Shown piece by piece: positions 8,141 through 15,967 of a DNA stretch of 32,000 nucleotides. The stretch is from Acaryochloris thomasi RCC1774. GTDB taxonomy: Bacteria; Cyanobacteriota; Cyanobacteriia; Thermosynechococcales; Thermosynechococcaceae. Every line of letters begins with the position of its first letter. Position 1 is the stretch's first letter. The translations under genes were made by a program, and so were the position numbers. The notes beneath the pieces are model-generated. The model made no database searches. It saw only the letters and a program-made list of their open reading frames with translations, and was not told the DNA's origin. The stretch spans positions 1 through 32,000 of the forward strand of contig NZ_PQWO01000017.1 of NCBI RefSeq assembly GCF_003231495.1, written 5' to 3'.

Positions 8141-10111
8141 ATGGAGAATGTGACACAACTGAGGTTTCCACAACAGGGCCGGATTCCATCTTGGTTTAAA
8201 ACCTATCCTGCCGTCGCAACGGCTGCGCTGTGTGCCCTGCTAACGCTGCTGGGCTGGTTGGCGTTAGTGGCCGGGCAGGTGGGCGGGGCCGTCTGGATCT
8301 TGTTGATTGCCTACGGCATTGGGGGTTATGAAAGCGCTCGTGAAGGGTTAACGACCCTGTGGCAAGAACGGGAATTAGATGTCGATCTATTGATGATTGT
8401 GGCGGCTCTGGGGGCGGCCACCTTGGGGCTATGGCAGCGGGAGTATTATTTGCTGGTGGATGGGGCAATTTTGATCTTAATCTTTGCCATCAGCGGAGCC
8501 TTAGAAGATATTGCCCTCCAGCGCACCGAGCGCAATATTCGGAGCCTGATGCAGCTCACTCCAGATACCGCTTGGCGGTGGCAAGGCGGTCAAACGCAGC
8601 GGATCAAAACGCAGCAGTTGCAGGTGGGCGATCGCATCCTGATCAAACCGGGCGAACTCATTCCCACGGACGGTGTGGTCCAGACTGGCAGCAGTACGGT
8701 GAATCAGGCGACGTTAACCGGCGAGTCGATTCCAGTGGAGAAAGGCATTGGGGATGAAGTCTTCGGGGGCACCCTCAACGGCAGTGGAGCGATCACGGTC
8801 GAGCTGCACCAGCCCCCAGAGAGCAGCCTGATTCAGCGAGTGATCCGCTTAGTGGAGCAGGCCAAAACCTCGCAGCCGCGATCTCAATTATTTTTAGAAA
8901 AATTCGAGCGGGGCTATGCCCGCCTGATTGTCGGCGTCGGGTTGCTCCTGGCAATAATGCCGCCCCTCTTGCTGGCCTGGAGTTGGGAAACCACTATCTA
9001 CCGAGCCTTGATTTTTCTGGTGGTGGCCTCCCCCTGCGCCCTAATGGCGGCGATTATGCCCACCTTACTCTCTGGGATTGCTCAGGGGGCACGACAGGGG
9101 ATTCTATTTAAAGATGGTGCTCAGTTGGAAACGATGGGGCGAATTGAGGCGATCGCCTTCGATAAAACCGGCACCCTAACCACGGGCGTTCTGCAGGTCA
9201 GCGATCTAGTGCCTGCTGCAGGCGTCGCCGCGAATCATGTGCTACAGGTGGCGGCTTCCCTAGAGGCTTATTCCGAGCATCCCATTGCGGATGCGATTGT
9301 GGCTGAGGCCCAACAGCAGGGACTGTCGCTTTTGTCAGCCAATGCTGTTCAAGCTGCGATAGGTCAGGGCATTGTCGGTCATCTAGCCGGAACCCTAACC
9401 CGGATCGGTAAACCTCAGTTTGTCACGGCAGATCTGTCCGAAACGGCAGACTCTCATCTGCTTCAGGCCAGCCATCAGCTAGAAGCCACCGGCAAAACCG
9501 TGATCTGGGTCACGGAGCAGCAGCACTTGATCGGACTTTTGGCCGTCGCCGATCAGATACGTCCCCAAGCCGCTCAAGTCTTAGCTATCCTCAAGCAACT
9601 GGGAATTGCGACGGTGATTCTGACGGGGGATAATGCCGCCACCGCTCAGACCCTTGCCCAACTTGTGGCGGTAGAAGCCGTCTACGCCGATTTACTACCG
9701 GAGGACAAAGTAGATGCCATTGAAAAACTCCAGCAGCAGTACGGCACCGTGGCGATGGTGGGGGATGGCATTAACGATGCTCCGGCTCTGGCTCAAGCCT
9801 CGGTGGGCATTGCGATGGGGACGACGGGCAGTGATGTAGCTTTAGAGACGGCGGATGTGGTGTTGATGGGCGATCGTTTAGAGAAACTCACGCAGGCGAT
9901 TGGTATTGGAGCCAAGTCTCAACGGATTGTCAAACAGAATATTGCTCTAGCGCTGACCTCTATTGCCCTGTTGATGGTAGCTAACTTCTTTGGTGAACTG
10001 ACCTTGCCTGCTGGGGTGCTGGGGCACGAGGGGGCAACGTTGTTGGTAACGCTCAATGGCTTGCGATTACTGAGAACCGATGCCGCTATCGCCTCTATAT
10101 CTTACTTGTAG
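8141..10111 (+). CDS. coaT: P1B-4-type heavy-metal (cobalt) exporting ATPase, CoaT-like
   Basis: SPC motif in a TM helix (LVVASPCALMAA), DKTGTLT phosphorylation site, GDGINDAPAL, and HEGATLLVTLNGLRLL in the last TM helix. No N-terminal HMA domain. Start placed at the ATG at 8141 (MENVTQL), downstream of the MerR-type promoter; the track ORF start at 7871 is inside coaR. Confidence 0.85.
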   Translation: MENVTQLRFPQQGRIPSWFKTYPAVATAALCALLTLLGWLALVAGQVGGAVWILLIAYGIGGYESAREGLTTLWQERELDVDLLMIVAALGAATLGLWQREYYLLVDGAILILIFAISGALEDIALQRTERNIRSLMQLTPDTAWRWQGGQTQRIKTQQLQVGDRILIKPGELIPTDGVVQTGSSTVNQATLTGESIPVEKGIGDEVFGGTLNGSGAITVELHQPPESSLIQRVIRLVEQAKTSQPRSQLFLEKFERGYARLIVGVGLLLAIMPPLLLAWSWETTIYRALIFLVVASPCALMAAIMPTLLSGIAQGARQGILFKDGAQLETMGRIEAIAFDKTGTLTTGVLQVSDLVPAAGVAANHVLQVAASLEAYSEHPIADAIVAEAQQQGLSLLSANAVQAAIGQGIVGHLAGTLTRIGKPQFVTADLSETADSHLLQASHQLEATGKTVIWVTEQQHLIGLLAVADQIRPQAAQVLAILKQLGIATVILTGDNAATAQTLAQLVAVEAVYADLLPEDKVDAIEKLQQQYGTVAMVGDGINDAPALAQASVGIAMGTTGSDVALETADVVLMGDRLEKLTQAIGIGAKSQRIVKQNIALALTSIALLMVANFFGELTLPAGVLGHEGATLLVTLNGLRLLRTDAAIASISYL

Positions 10112-10260
10112 GGCTGAAGTTGCGATCGCAACTCAACAGTGACTTGCTGCGAACGTCAGGATTGGCCTCTCGGGAGCATCGGGTTCTTGCCCTTTTGTCT
10201 GACAATGCCTCACGAGATATAGCATTTGGTTCATGTGCTATATCTGACAACTTTAACTTT

Positions 10261-10306
10261 CAGAGATAGCACCACATCGACTGCCACAACGCAGAACAAA
10301 GACTTA
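10261..10306. repeat. 46-bp dispersed repeat, copy 1 (CAGAGATAGCACCACATCGACTGCCACAACGCAGAACAAAGACTTA)
   Basis: Matches 25554-25599 at about 39 of 46 positions, including an identical 17-mer ACATCGACTGCCACAAC. Both copies lie shortly downstream of the last gene of a plus-strand unit. Confidence 0.7.
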
Positions 10307-10419
10307 GCGGATTAAGCTCAGAGGCGCTGACCAGAACGGCTGAATTTGAAGCTTCCAACTCTTGTCTAGAAATTTCGCAGAACGATTCAGCGTCCCTTAC
10401 AGCGTGTAGTTATGTAGTG

Positions 10420-11061
10420 TCACGATACCCTGCGAAAAATATATAGAGGAGCTGTTTTAGTATAGCCAACCCCTCGACCTAATCCATGTAGAGATTCTCG
10501 AGTGATGGAAGTTTTGCCTTTTGGAACAAAATAAGCCTCTAAAGCAGAATATGAAATGCGGTATTTACCTTTATCTCTATGTACGGTAGCTATGAGCTTA
10601 TAGTCTTTATCAAGTGCCGCTAGACCTGCGTCAGCATGACTATTGTTCACCAACAGTAATCCGTCTATGTTGAGATAAGCTTTGCAAGCCTCTGAAATAA
10701 AACCCGCATACTGAGAGATTAGTAAATCACAAGAATCTATAAGCTCGCTATGTATCTTACTGTAGTCCGCGCCGTAAAACGTGACACTGGGTGCCTCTTT
10801 GTATTGTTTGCGGTGCTGGATGAGTGCCTGTACTTGTTCTTCTTGAAAGAATAGTTTGGCATTCTTATCTGAATCAATATAGGTAACAGTTTGAAAGACA
10901 AAAGAAGGTGAAACATGGACGAAGCTTCCAGGATAAATTACGCTACTGATTCCAAACTCACTTTTTAGTAGTTGAAACAAATCTAATTGCTCGTAATCCC
11001 TGTCAATATAGTATTTTTGATAGGTTTGAAGAGCATCTTTTGCTCGACTCATAATAGACAC
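10420..11061 (-). CDS. Hypothetical protein in a visibly AT-rich segment (possibly methyltransferase-like fold; function not supported)
   Basis: Uninterrupted 213-codon ORF with no competing ORF. Its composition differs from the neighbours and it contains no HIP1 site. I recognise no diagnostic motif. Confidence 0.5.
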   Translation of the reverse strand: MSIMSRAKDALQTYQKYYIDRDYEQLDLFQLLKSEFGISSVIYPGSFVHVSPSFVFQTVTYIDSDKNAKLFFQEEQVQALIQHRKQYKEAPSVTFYGADYSKIHSELIDSCDLLISQYAGFISEACKAYLNIDGLLLVNNSHADAGLAALDKDYKLIATVHRDKGKYRISYSALEAYFVPKGKTSITRESLHGLGRGVGYTKTAPLYIFRRVS

Positions 11062-11153
11062 AATGCTACATAACGGTAGACATCACCGGGTGGCGGCGAA
11101 CGACTTGCAAGCAGACGAAAAAATAACCACCGCCACTCCGGTGCATGTCATGG

Positions 11154-11381
11154 TTATCCGCCGTCTTTGGTCATCATGTTGGCAAACCGACGGGTTAGTT
11201 CGTCAGTGATCAGATGGTCGCGTTTGGTCATGATTAACCAAGTGTGGCCAGACAGATCAGTTAGTGTTCCCCGTCGGTCGCCATCAAATTGGTCCGTCGG
11301 TGGCGATACCGATGTCGCGCCAGCAGTCAGCCCGGTAGCGAAAGTAGCGTCGTCAGCGATCAGATATGGGGTTGCCGTCAT
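11154..11381 (-). pseudogene. Short VOC/glyoxalase (PhnB-like) remnant
   Basis: The 75-aa ORF keeps an N-terminal TPYLI and a C-terminal FDGDRRGTLTDLSGHTWLIMT, reminiscent of VOC-family proteins. It is about half the usual length, suggesting internal deletion. It is preceded by repeat copy B. Confidence 0.35.
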
Positions 11382-11410
11382 TGTTGCTATCGTTTGGTCG
11401 TGTGAACTTC

Positions 11411-11476
11411 AGTCGGATAACTATAATTATACGAATAGCGGCTGATAACTCTGGTAAGAAGGGTATTCTCCGCCAG
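11411..11476 (-). repeat. Dispersed repeat family, copy B (short)
   Basis: AGTCGGATAACTATAATTATACGAATAGCGGCTGATAACTCTGGTAAGAAGGGTATTCTCCGCCAG aligns with 6689-6747 and 27147-27209. On the minus strand it contains a perfect TATAAT. It lies 30 nt upstream of the ATG at 11381. Confidence 0.75.
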
Positions 11477-11501
11477 ACTTTCGGTTTTGGTACCGTTTGG
11501 A

Positions 11502-13163
11502 TCATGTACGCTCAATCCAGTACCCTGCCCATGCCAATACCAGGGAAAAAACCATCGCAGCCACAGCCTGTCGCCCCATCAAAATTAGTGCAAACCGGAG
11601 TGACTGTTCGCGGGCAATGGTGAGGGCCGTGACGAGGCAAGGCAACAATACACCGGCCAGATAGACCCCTGTAAGAATTTGTAGCGGTGTGAGGACCGAG
11701 AGGGTATCAACCTCAGCAAAGAGTAGCAGGCCATCTTTACGAATAGAGGCCAGGATTATGGGTAAAGCAGCATCCGACGGGAGATGAAAGATGCCCATCA
11801 GGGGATGAAGAATGGTTGCCAAAGCAGTCAGGAGATTCCACTCGTCTAAAACGGATGCGATTAAGGTAATGGCGACAAAAATGGGAATCGCAGTCGTAAA
11901 AAACTGGTAGAGGGTTCCTTGGGCTTCTCGCCAGATCGCGACTAGGCGTGGCCGTTCTAAAAAGGTACGGTGTTCAATCATCAGGCTGTTCTGAAGAGAG
12001 CGAGCCGACTTGGGCGCAATCAAGCGTGTGTAGACTAAGGTTGTTGAAGTCAGATAAACCAGGTAAGGAATCGCCAAGTAGGGCATGTTGGCTGCACTAA
12101 ACACCCCCAGCGTGGCCCCCAATTGATAGGAACAGGCTGAGCCAAAGGCGATCGCCGAGATGCAAGTTTTGCGAGCGCAGCTAGAACAGGCACGGGTACT
12201 GATCACCGCTGGGACGTTACAGCCAAACCCCATCATGACTCGCACCAGATCCCGGCCAGATAGGCCAAAGGGGCGCAACAGCGGATGCAGAGCGACTGTG
12301 ATCCGTTCGACCAAGCCACTGGCTTTGTAAGTGCCCAGAAATAGGGCATACAGAATGACCGTTGGCACAGCCCAGACAAACAGGAGCGGCCCCATCGTCA
12401 GCAAGCCGTAGCGTCCGATCAGCATGGCTTCAGGTAGAGGGAGTAAGCCCGTCAGAGCGTCGATGAGGGGCTTGATCAGCCATTGCACTAGGGGATCGGC
12501 GATCGCAGCAAAGCGATTGGCAAACCCAACCGCCAGCATGGCAGGCAAAAAAAGGAGCAAAATCGCAACGAGCCAACCGACGCGCGGATGCTCCAAAATG
12601 GTGGGCTGGGGTTCAATCCGCCATCCGGCAGGGTGCGGTTGCCATTGGTAAGGAAAGGCCGACGGTGCAGAGAGACTTGCGACTATTTCATGACGCTGCG
12701 TGCGGGTCAAATTTCTCGCGTTCACCGGCATAAACTCTAAATGAGAAGCCTGCTTCCAGTCACGAACAACCGAATGGGTGAACCCAGAACTCGCAATTTT
12801 ATCCCAAAACGTGATCACAACAATGCCGAGCTTCCCTGCAACCAAAGGCCATAAATCCGCCAGATCTTCATCAACATGCGTTGCTTTAACCACCAGCAGC
12901 ACAACGTCATGGATTTGTAATTGCGCCAGGGCCGCTTGCGTTGTGGCTCGATCAGAGCGGTACAAAATACCGGGCGTATCCACAAAGGTCATCCCATCTC
13001 TGACATAGGTTTCACAGGCAATAGTAGAACCGCGAAAGTTGCTGCTATAGGGCGAACATCCGGTCAGGGCGGCAATCAGTTGAGATTTGCCCGTATTCTC
13101 TTTACCAATAACGACGATAGAGCGCTGGACTGGAGGGGTAAGCAGGGGCATGGCAGGCAGCAA
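11502..13163 (-). CDS. FeoB-family GTPase-coupled metal transporter (N-terminal G domain plus polytopic gate/nucleoside-recognition membrane domain)
   Basis: G1 motif VVIGKENTGKS, G3 motif FVDTPGI, followed by about 10 hydrophobic segments. It is the third gene behind the Zur box at 14816. No FeoA-like ORF is adjacent. Confidence 0.75.
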   Translation of the reverse strand: MLPAMPLLTPPVQRSIVVIGKENTGKSQLIAALTGCSPYSSNFRGSTIACETYVRDGMTFVDTPGILYRSDRATTQAALAQLQIHDVVLLVVKATHVDEDLADLWPLVAGKLGIVVITFWDKIASSGFTHSVVRDWKQASHLEFMPVNARNLTRTQRHEIVASLSAPSAFPYQWQPHPAGWRIEPQPTILEHPRVGWLVAILLLFLPAMLAVGFANRFAAIADPLVQWLIKPLIDALTGLLPLPEAMLIGRYGLLTMGPLLFVWAVPTVILYALFLGTYKASGLVERITVALHPLLRPFGLSGRDLVRVMMGFGCNVPAVISTRACSSCARKTCISAIAFGSACSYQLGATLGVFSAANMPYLAIPYLVYLTSTTLVYTRLIAPKSARSLQNSLMIEHRTFLERPRLVAIWREAQGTLYQFFTTAIPIFVAITLIASVLDEWNLLTALATILHPLMGIFHLPSDAALPIILASIRKDGLLLFAEVDTLSVLTPLQILTGVYLAGVLLPCLVTALTIAREQSLRFALILMGRQAVAAMVFSLVLAWAGYWIERT

Positions 13164-13198
13164 GAGAACAGGGCAATCTACAATTTTTCAGCAGGGCC

Positions 13199-14320
13199 TT
13201 AGCAGATACAGTCGTTGTCACAGCACGATAGGTCATCTAGAAACAGTCCTGACTGGCGGTAGGTTTCTAATGGCGCAGGATCAATGCCTAAACGGAGGGC
13301 GATCGCATGGGCCACCACCGCAAACCGCTGCCGGAACTTATAGATAAAGCAAAAAATCAGACCAGGATGACGCACTGAAGGGCCAACCACAAACAGACCA
13401 GGGGTGCGGGTAGACTCATCTTGCTCGTTCAAGACGGCATGATTCTCCGACCAGTGGAACAGCGGGGCAATTTGCTTCAAGCTGGTCTCAAAACCCGTAC
13501 AGAGAATGGGGGGATGCACCGTCAGCCATTTCTGGTATTCGCTGTAGACGGCATAGCCCCCTGGCATTTTTTTGACTTCGCCAATGGAGACATTGCTGAG
13601 CAGTTCGAGACGGCCCGTTTGATGGGCCAACCTCAGGCGCTGCAGCGTATAGGGTGACAATGAAACACTCGGATCCGTCTCCTGGCTACCCCACACCCCA
13701 GTCCGATCTAAAACCCTGACTTTTTTCCCTAAGGCGACTAAATGGGTCGCGGCATCCATACCACTTTCATAGCCGCCGATGATCGTAAATTCATCCCCTG
13801 GCAAATTGGACCAAGAGCGAATCTGGGAATTGTGAATGCAGTGGTCTGCGCCCAAAAATGGATTTAACTTTGGGTATTGGAATTCTCCAGCGGCCCAGAT
13901 CACAAACTGGGTTGTGAAGTCCCCGCCAGAAGTTTTTAGAATGAACCCGCGACACTGAGAGAGGGGTTCAATTGCTAAAACATCTGTTTCTGTCTGCACA
14001 GGCAACTGGAAGTGATCCACCACTGTTTGTAGGTAGAGCGCATACTGCTGGCCATTGATATGCTCTCGTCGAAAGGCGAGCGCTGGAGATGTTTTCAGGG
14101 TGATGGCATTGAGGTCGAGTAGGCCAAAACCATGACTCGGAAACGAGGGGGTAATCAAGTTCATCTCCACTGGCCAGCGGCTAAAGGAGGCTCCCACCTG
14201 CAGCCGATCCACCAGGATAAAGTTGTCCAGGCCCAGCTCCCGCAACGCAACAGCGCAACCCACCCCAGCAGGTCCAGCACCGACGATCACGACATCATAG
14301 AAAGAAGTTGATTGAGTCAT
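13199..14320 (-). CDS. FAD/NAD(P)-binding oxidoreductase (pyridine-nucleotide-disulfide / flavin monooxygenase-like)
   Basis: N-terminal dinucleotide fold YDVVIVGAGPAGVGCAVAL and a second Rossmann-like motif FTIIGGYESGMDAATHL. It lies between the DUF1636-like gene and the FeoB-like gene, with gaps of 20 and 35 nt. Confidence 0.7.
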   Translation of the reverse strand: MTQSTSFYDVVIVGAGPAGVGCAVALRELGLDNFILVDRLQVGASFSRWPVEMNLITPSFPSHGFGLLDLNAITLKTSPALAFRREHINGQQYALYLQTVVDHFQLPVQTETDVLAIEPLSQCRGFILKTSGGDFTTQFVIWAAGEFQYPKLNPFLGADHCIHNSQIRSWSNLPGDEFTIIGGYESGMDAATHLVALGKKVRVLDRTGVWGSQETDPSVSLSPYTLQRLRLAHQTGRLELLSNVSIGEVKKMPGGYAVYSEYQKWLTVHPPILCTGFETSLKQIAPLFHWSENHAVLNEQDESTRTPGLFVVGPSVRHPGLIFCFIYKFRQRFAVVAHAIALRLGIDPAPLETYRQSGLFLDDLSCCDNDCIC

Positions 14321-14340
14321 GGAATATTGTTCGGATACGA

Positions 14341-14733
14341 TTACAGGCTAGGACAGGGAATCCTTGCTAAAATCCCCTTCTGCATTGACTCTGGACGACT
14401 TTGACGGGGAACGATACCATCTGAGCTGGAGTGATATTGGTGGGCCAGTTGCAAAACGGCTGCCGCACTGTGCAGAGGCAGCATGTCACCAAACATTAAG
14501 GTGGTTTTCCCTGCTGCTGCTAGGGCAATGGTGCAGGAGCGATCGCAAGCACTTAGATAGTTCACCGCTTCGATCTTGAACTCAAGGGGGAGGGGCCACT
14601 GCTCCTGAAGCCGCAGTAAATTGCTGAGCAGGTGATAGCCACCGCGTTGTCCTACGTAGTCTCGTTGGGTACGCGAGAAGACACAGGACCGACAGACGAA
14701 TAGAGCGTGTTGAGCCATAATGGGCACTGCCAT
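14341..14733 (-). CDS. DUF1636-like predicted metal-binding protein (Cys pairs CRSC and CDRSC)
   Basis: HALFVCRSCVFS ... YLSACDRSCTIAL ... TLMFGDM matches my recollection of the DUF1636 family often found beside cobW genes. It is the first gene behind the Zur box at 14816. The start could be M1 or M6. Confidence 0.6.
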   Translation of the reverse strand: MAVPIMAQHALFVCRSCVFSRTQRDYVGQRGGYHLLSNLLRLQEQWPLPLEFKIEAVNYLSACDRSCTIALAAAGKTTLMFGDMLPLHSAAAVLQLAHQYHSSSDGIVPRQSRPESMQKGILARIPCPSL

Positions 14734-14815
14734 ACTGAAACGCTATGGGTGATCGCTAGCGAGATTATCCACCCGGAATGGATTGAACCGTTTGTACAAA
14801 ATCCTATACTTAAAA

Positions 14816-14832
14816 ATGATAATCATTCTCAT
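14816..14832. promoter_or_regulatory. Zur box (ATGATAATCATTCTCAT) upstream of the DUF1636-flavoprotein-FeoB-like operon
   Basis: Same palindrome family as 5142, 21396 and 27691. It lies 83 nt upstream of the ATG at 14733. Confidence 0.7.
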
Positions 14833-15148
14833 TGTCTTTAGCCACCCGACTTTCTTGCTCTCACAACCTGATAGCAGATGCGCCTCTGAGTTTGAATAGC
14901 GAGGAGGGTGCACAGTTTTTGTTGCGGATGCGAGGGGCTGAGATTTGCGATCGCACTTAGCTTGGCTCTGCTGCTGAGCGATTTGCTAAGACAGATATTA
15001 CGGCCTATCCGTTGATGGGAGAGGTGTTGGCGTAGTATCTGGATCAGATTGTGAATGTCACTTTGCCATGCGATGCAGGTAGTGTGCGAAATGGCCCGTT
15101 AGTTTTTGAATGCTAGGATCAGGCTAGCTCCTAAGTGCGAAAGATCTC

Positions 15149-15376
15149 ATGCTAACTTTGAATCAGCTTATTTCAGAGGCGACTGCCTTACCCGATACAG
15201 ACAAAGCAGTCCTCATAGACAAAGTTGTGGAAAGCATGGAAGAGCGAGTTGACCGGGACGTTTTGAGCCAGGGAATCCAGACAGCTCAAGACCGCATCGC
15301 TGAGATTGAGAGCGGTGCAGTCCAAGCTATTCCCGGAGATATTGCTTTAGCACAGGTTCGGCAACGCTTAGGGTAA
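15149..15376 (+). CDS. Type II antitoxin (putative addiction module component family)
   Basis: A 75-aa acidic protein (MLTLNQLISEATALPDTDKAVLIDKVVESM...IESG). Its TAA stop overlaps the ATG of the downstream toxin by 1 nt (TAATG). Confidence 0.7.
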   Translation: MLTLNQLISEATALPDTDKAVLIDKVVESMEERVDRDVLSQGIQTAQDRIAEIESGAVQAIPGDIALAQVRQRLG

Positions 15377-15666
15377 TGAAATATGAATTCCACCCAGCAG
15401 CCCTGCAAGAATATGCAGAGGCTGTAGAGTTTTTTGCCCAAAAAGACCGGCATCAGGATTTCATCGACATCATAGAAAGTTCAATATTTCGGGTTATTTC
15501 AGCACCAGAACGCTGGCCGGTTGTTCAAGGTGAGATTCGTCGTTATTTGACCCCCAAGTTTTCCTATGCCATCTTGTATCGAGTCTTTTCAGATAGAGTC
15601 GTAATTGCCGCAGTCATGAGTTGTCGTAGAGATCCCAATTATTGGCAAGATCGTTTGGAATCGTAA
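15376..15666 (+). CDS. Type II toxin, RelE/ParE superfamily
   Basis: A 96-aa protein (MKYEFHPAALQEYAEAVEFF...RRYLTPKFSYAILYRV...VVIAAVMSCRRDPNYW), which is the typical ParE/RelE plasmid-stabilisation pattern. It is translationally coupled to the upstream antitoxin. Confidence 0.75.
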   Translation: MKYEFHPAALQEYAEAVEFFAQKDRHQDFIDIIESSIFRVISAPERWPVVQGEIRRYLTPKFSYAILYRVFSDRVVIAAVMSCRRDPNYWQDRLES

Positions 15667-15967
15667 AGACCACCTCACTTGCTCCACGGTTCCCCCTGTA
15701 CACATCGTCCCCGCTTAATAAAAGCCAGAATTGCCCGCACAGTCACCTAACGTTCCACGCCAAGTAAACCTGATGCCTAAGAAAGGCCGTTTATTTGAAA
15801 CACAGTGAACCACAGAATGATAACCTTAGGGCCAGATTTATACGACTTCTGATTGATAATGCCCTTATCTCGGAGTCATCCGATTCTTGGCAGATAATAT
15901 CCTTCCAACCGGATTTATCAACCACCATCCATATAATCGTAGTTAGAGCTTCAATTGGAGAGCAGGA

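Noticed and set aside
7871-8173. Long N-terminal extensions of the coaT ORF (from 7871) and the coaR ORF (to 8173) that overlap each other on opposite strands
   Set aside because: The MerR HTH begins at the ATG at 8074. The MerR-type promoter (8079-8110) must precede coaT, whose plausible start is the ATG at 8141. The extensions carry no recognisable domain.
10216-10244. Perfect 9-bp-stem hairpin downstream of coaT, considered as a rho-independent terminator
   Set aside because: It is AT-rich, has an 11-nt loop, has no following U-tract and lies about 105 nt past the stop. It is noted only as context for the 46-bp repeat.
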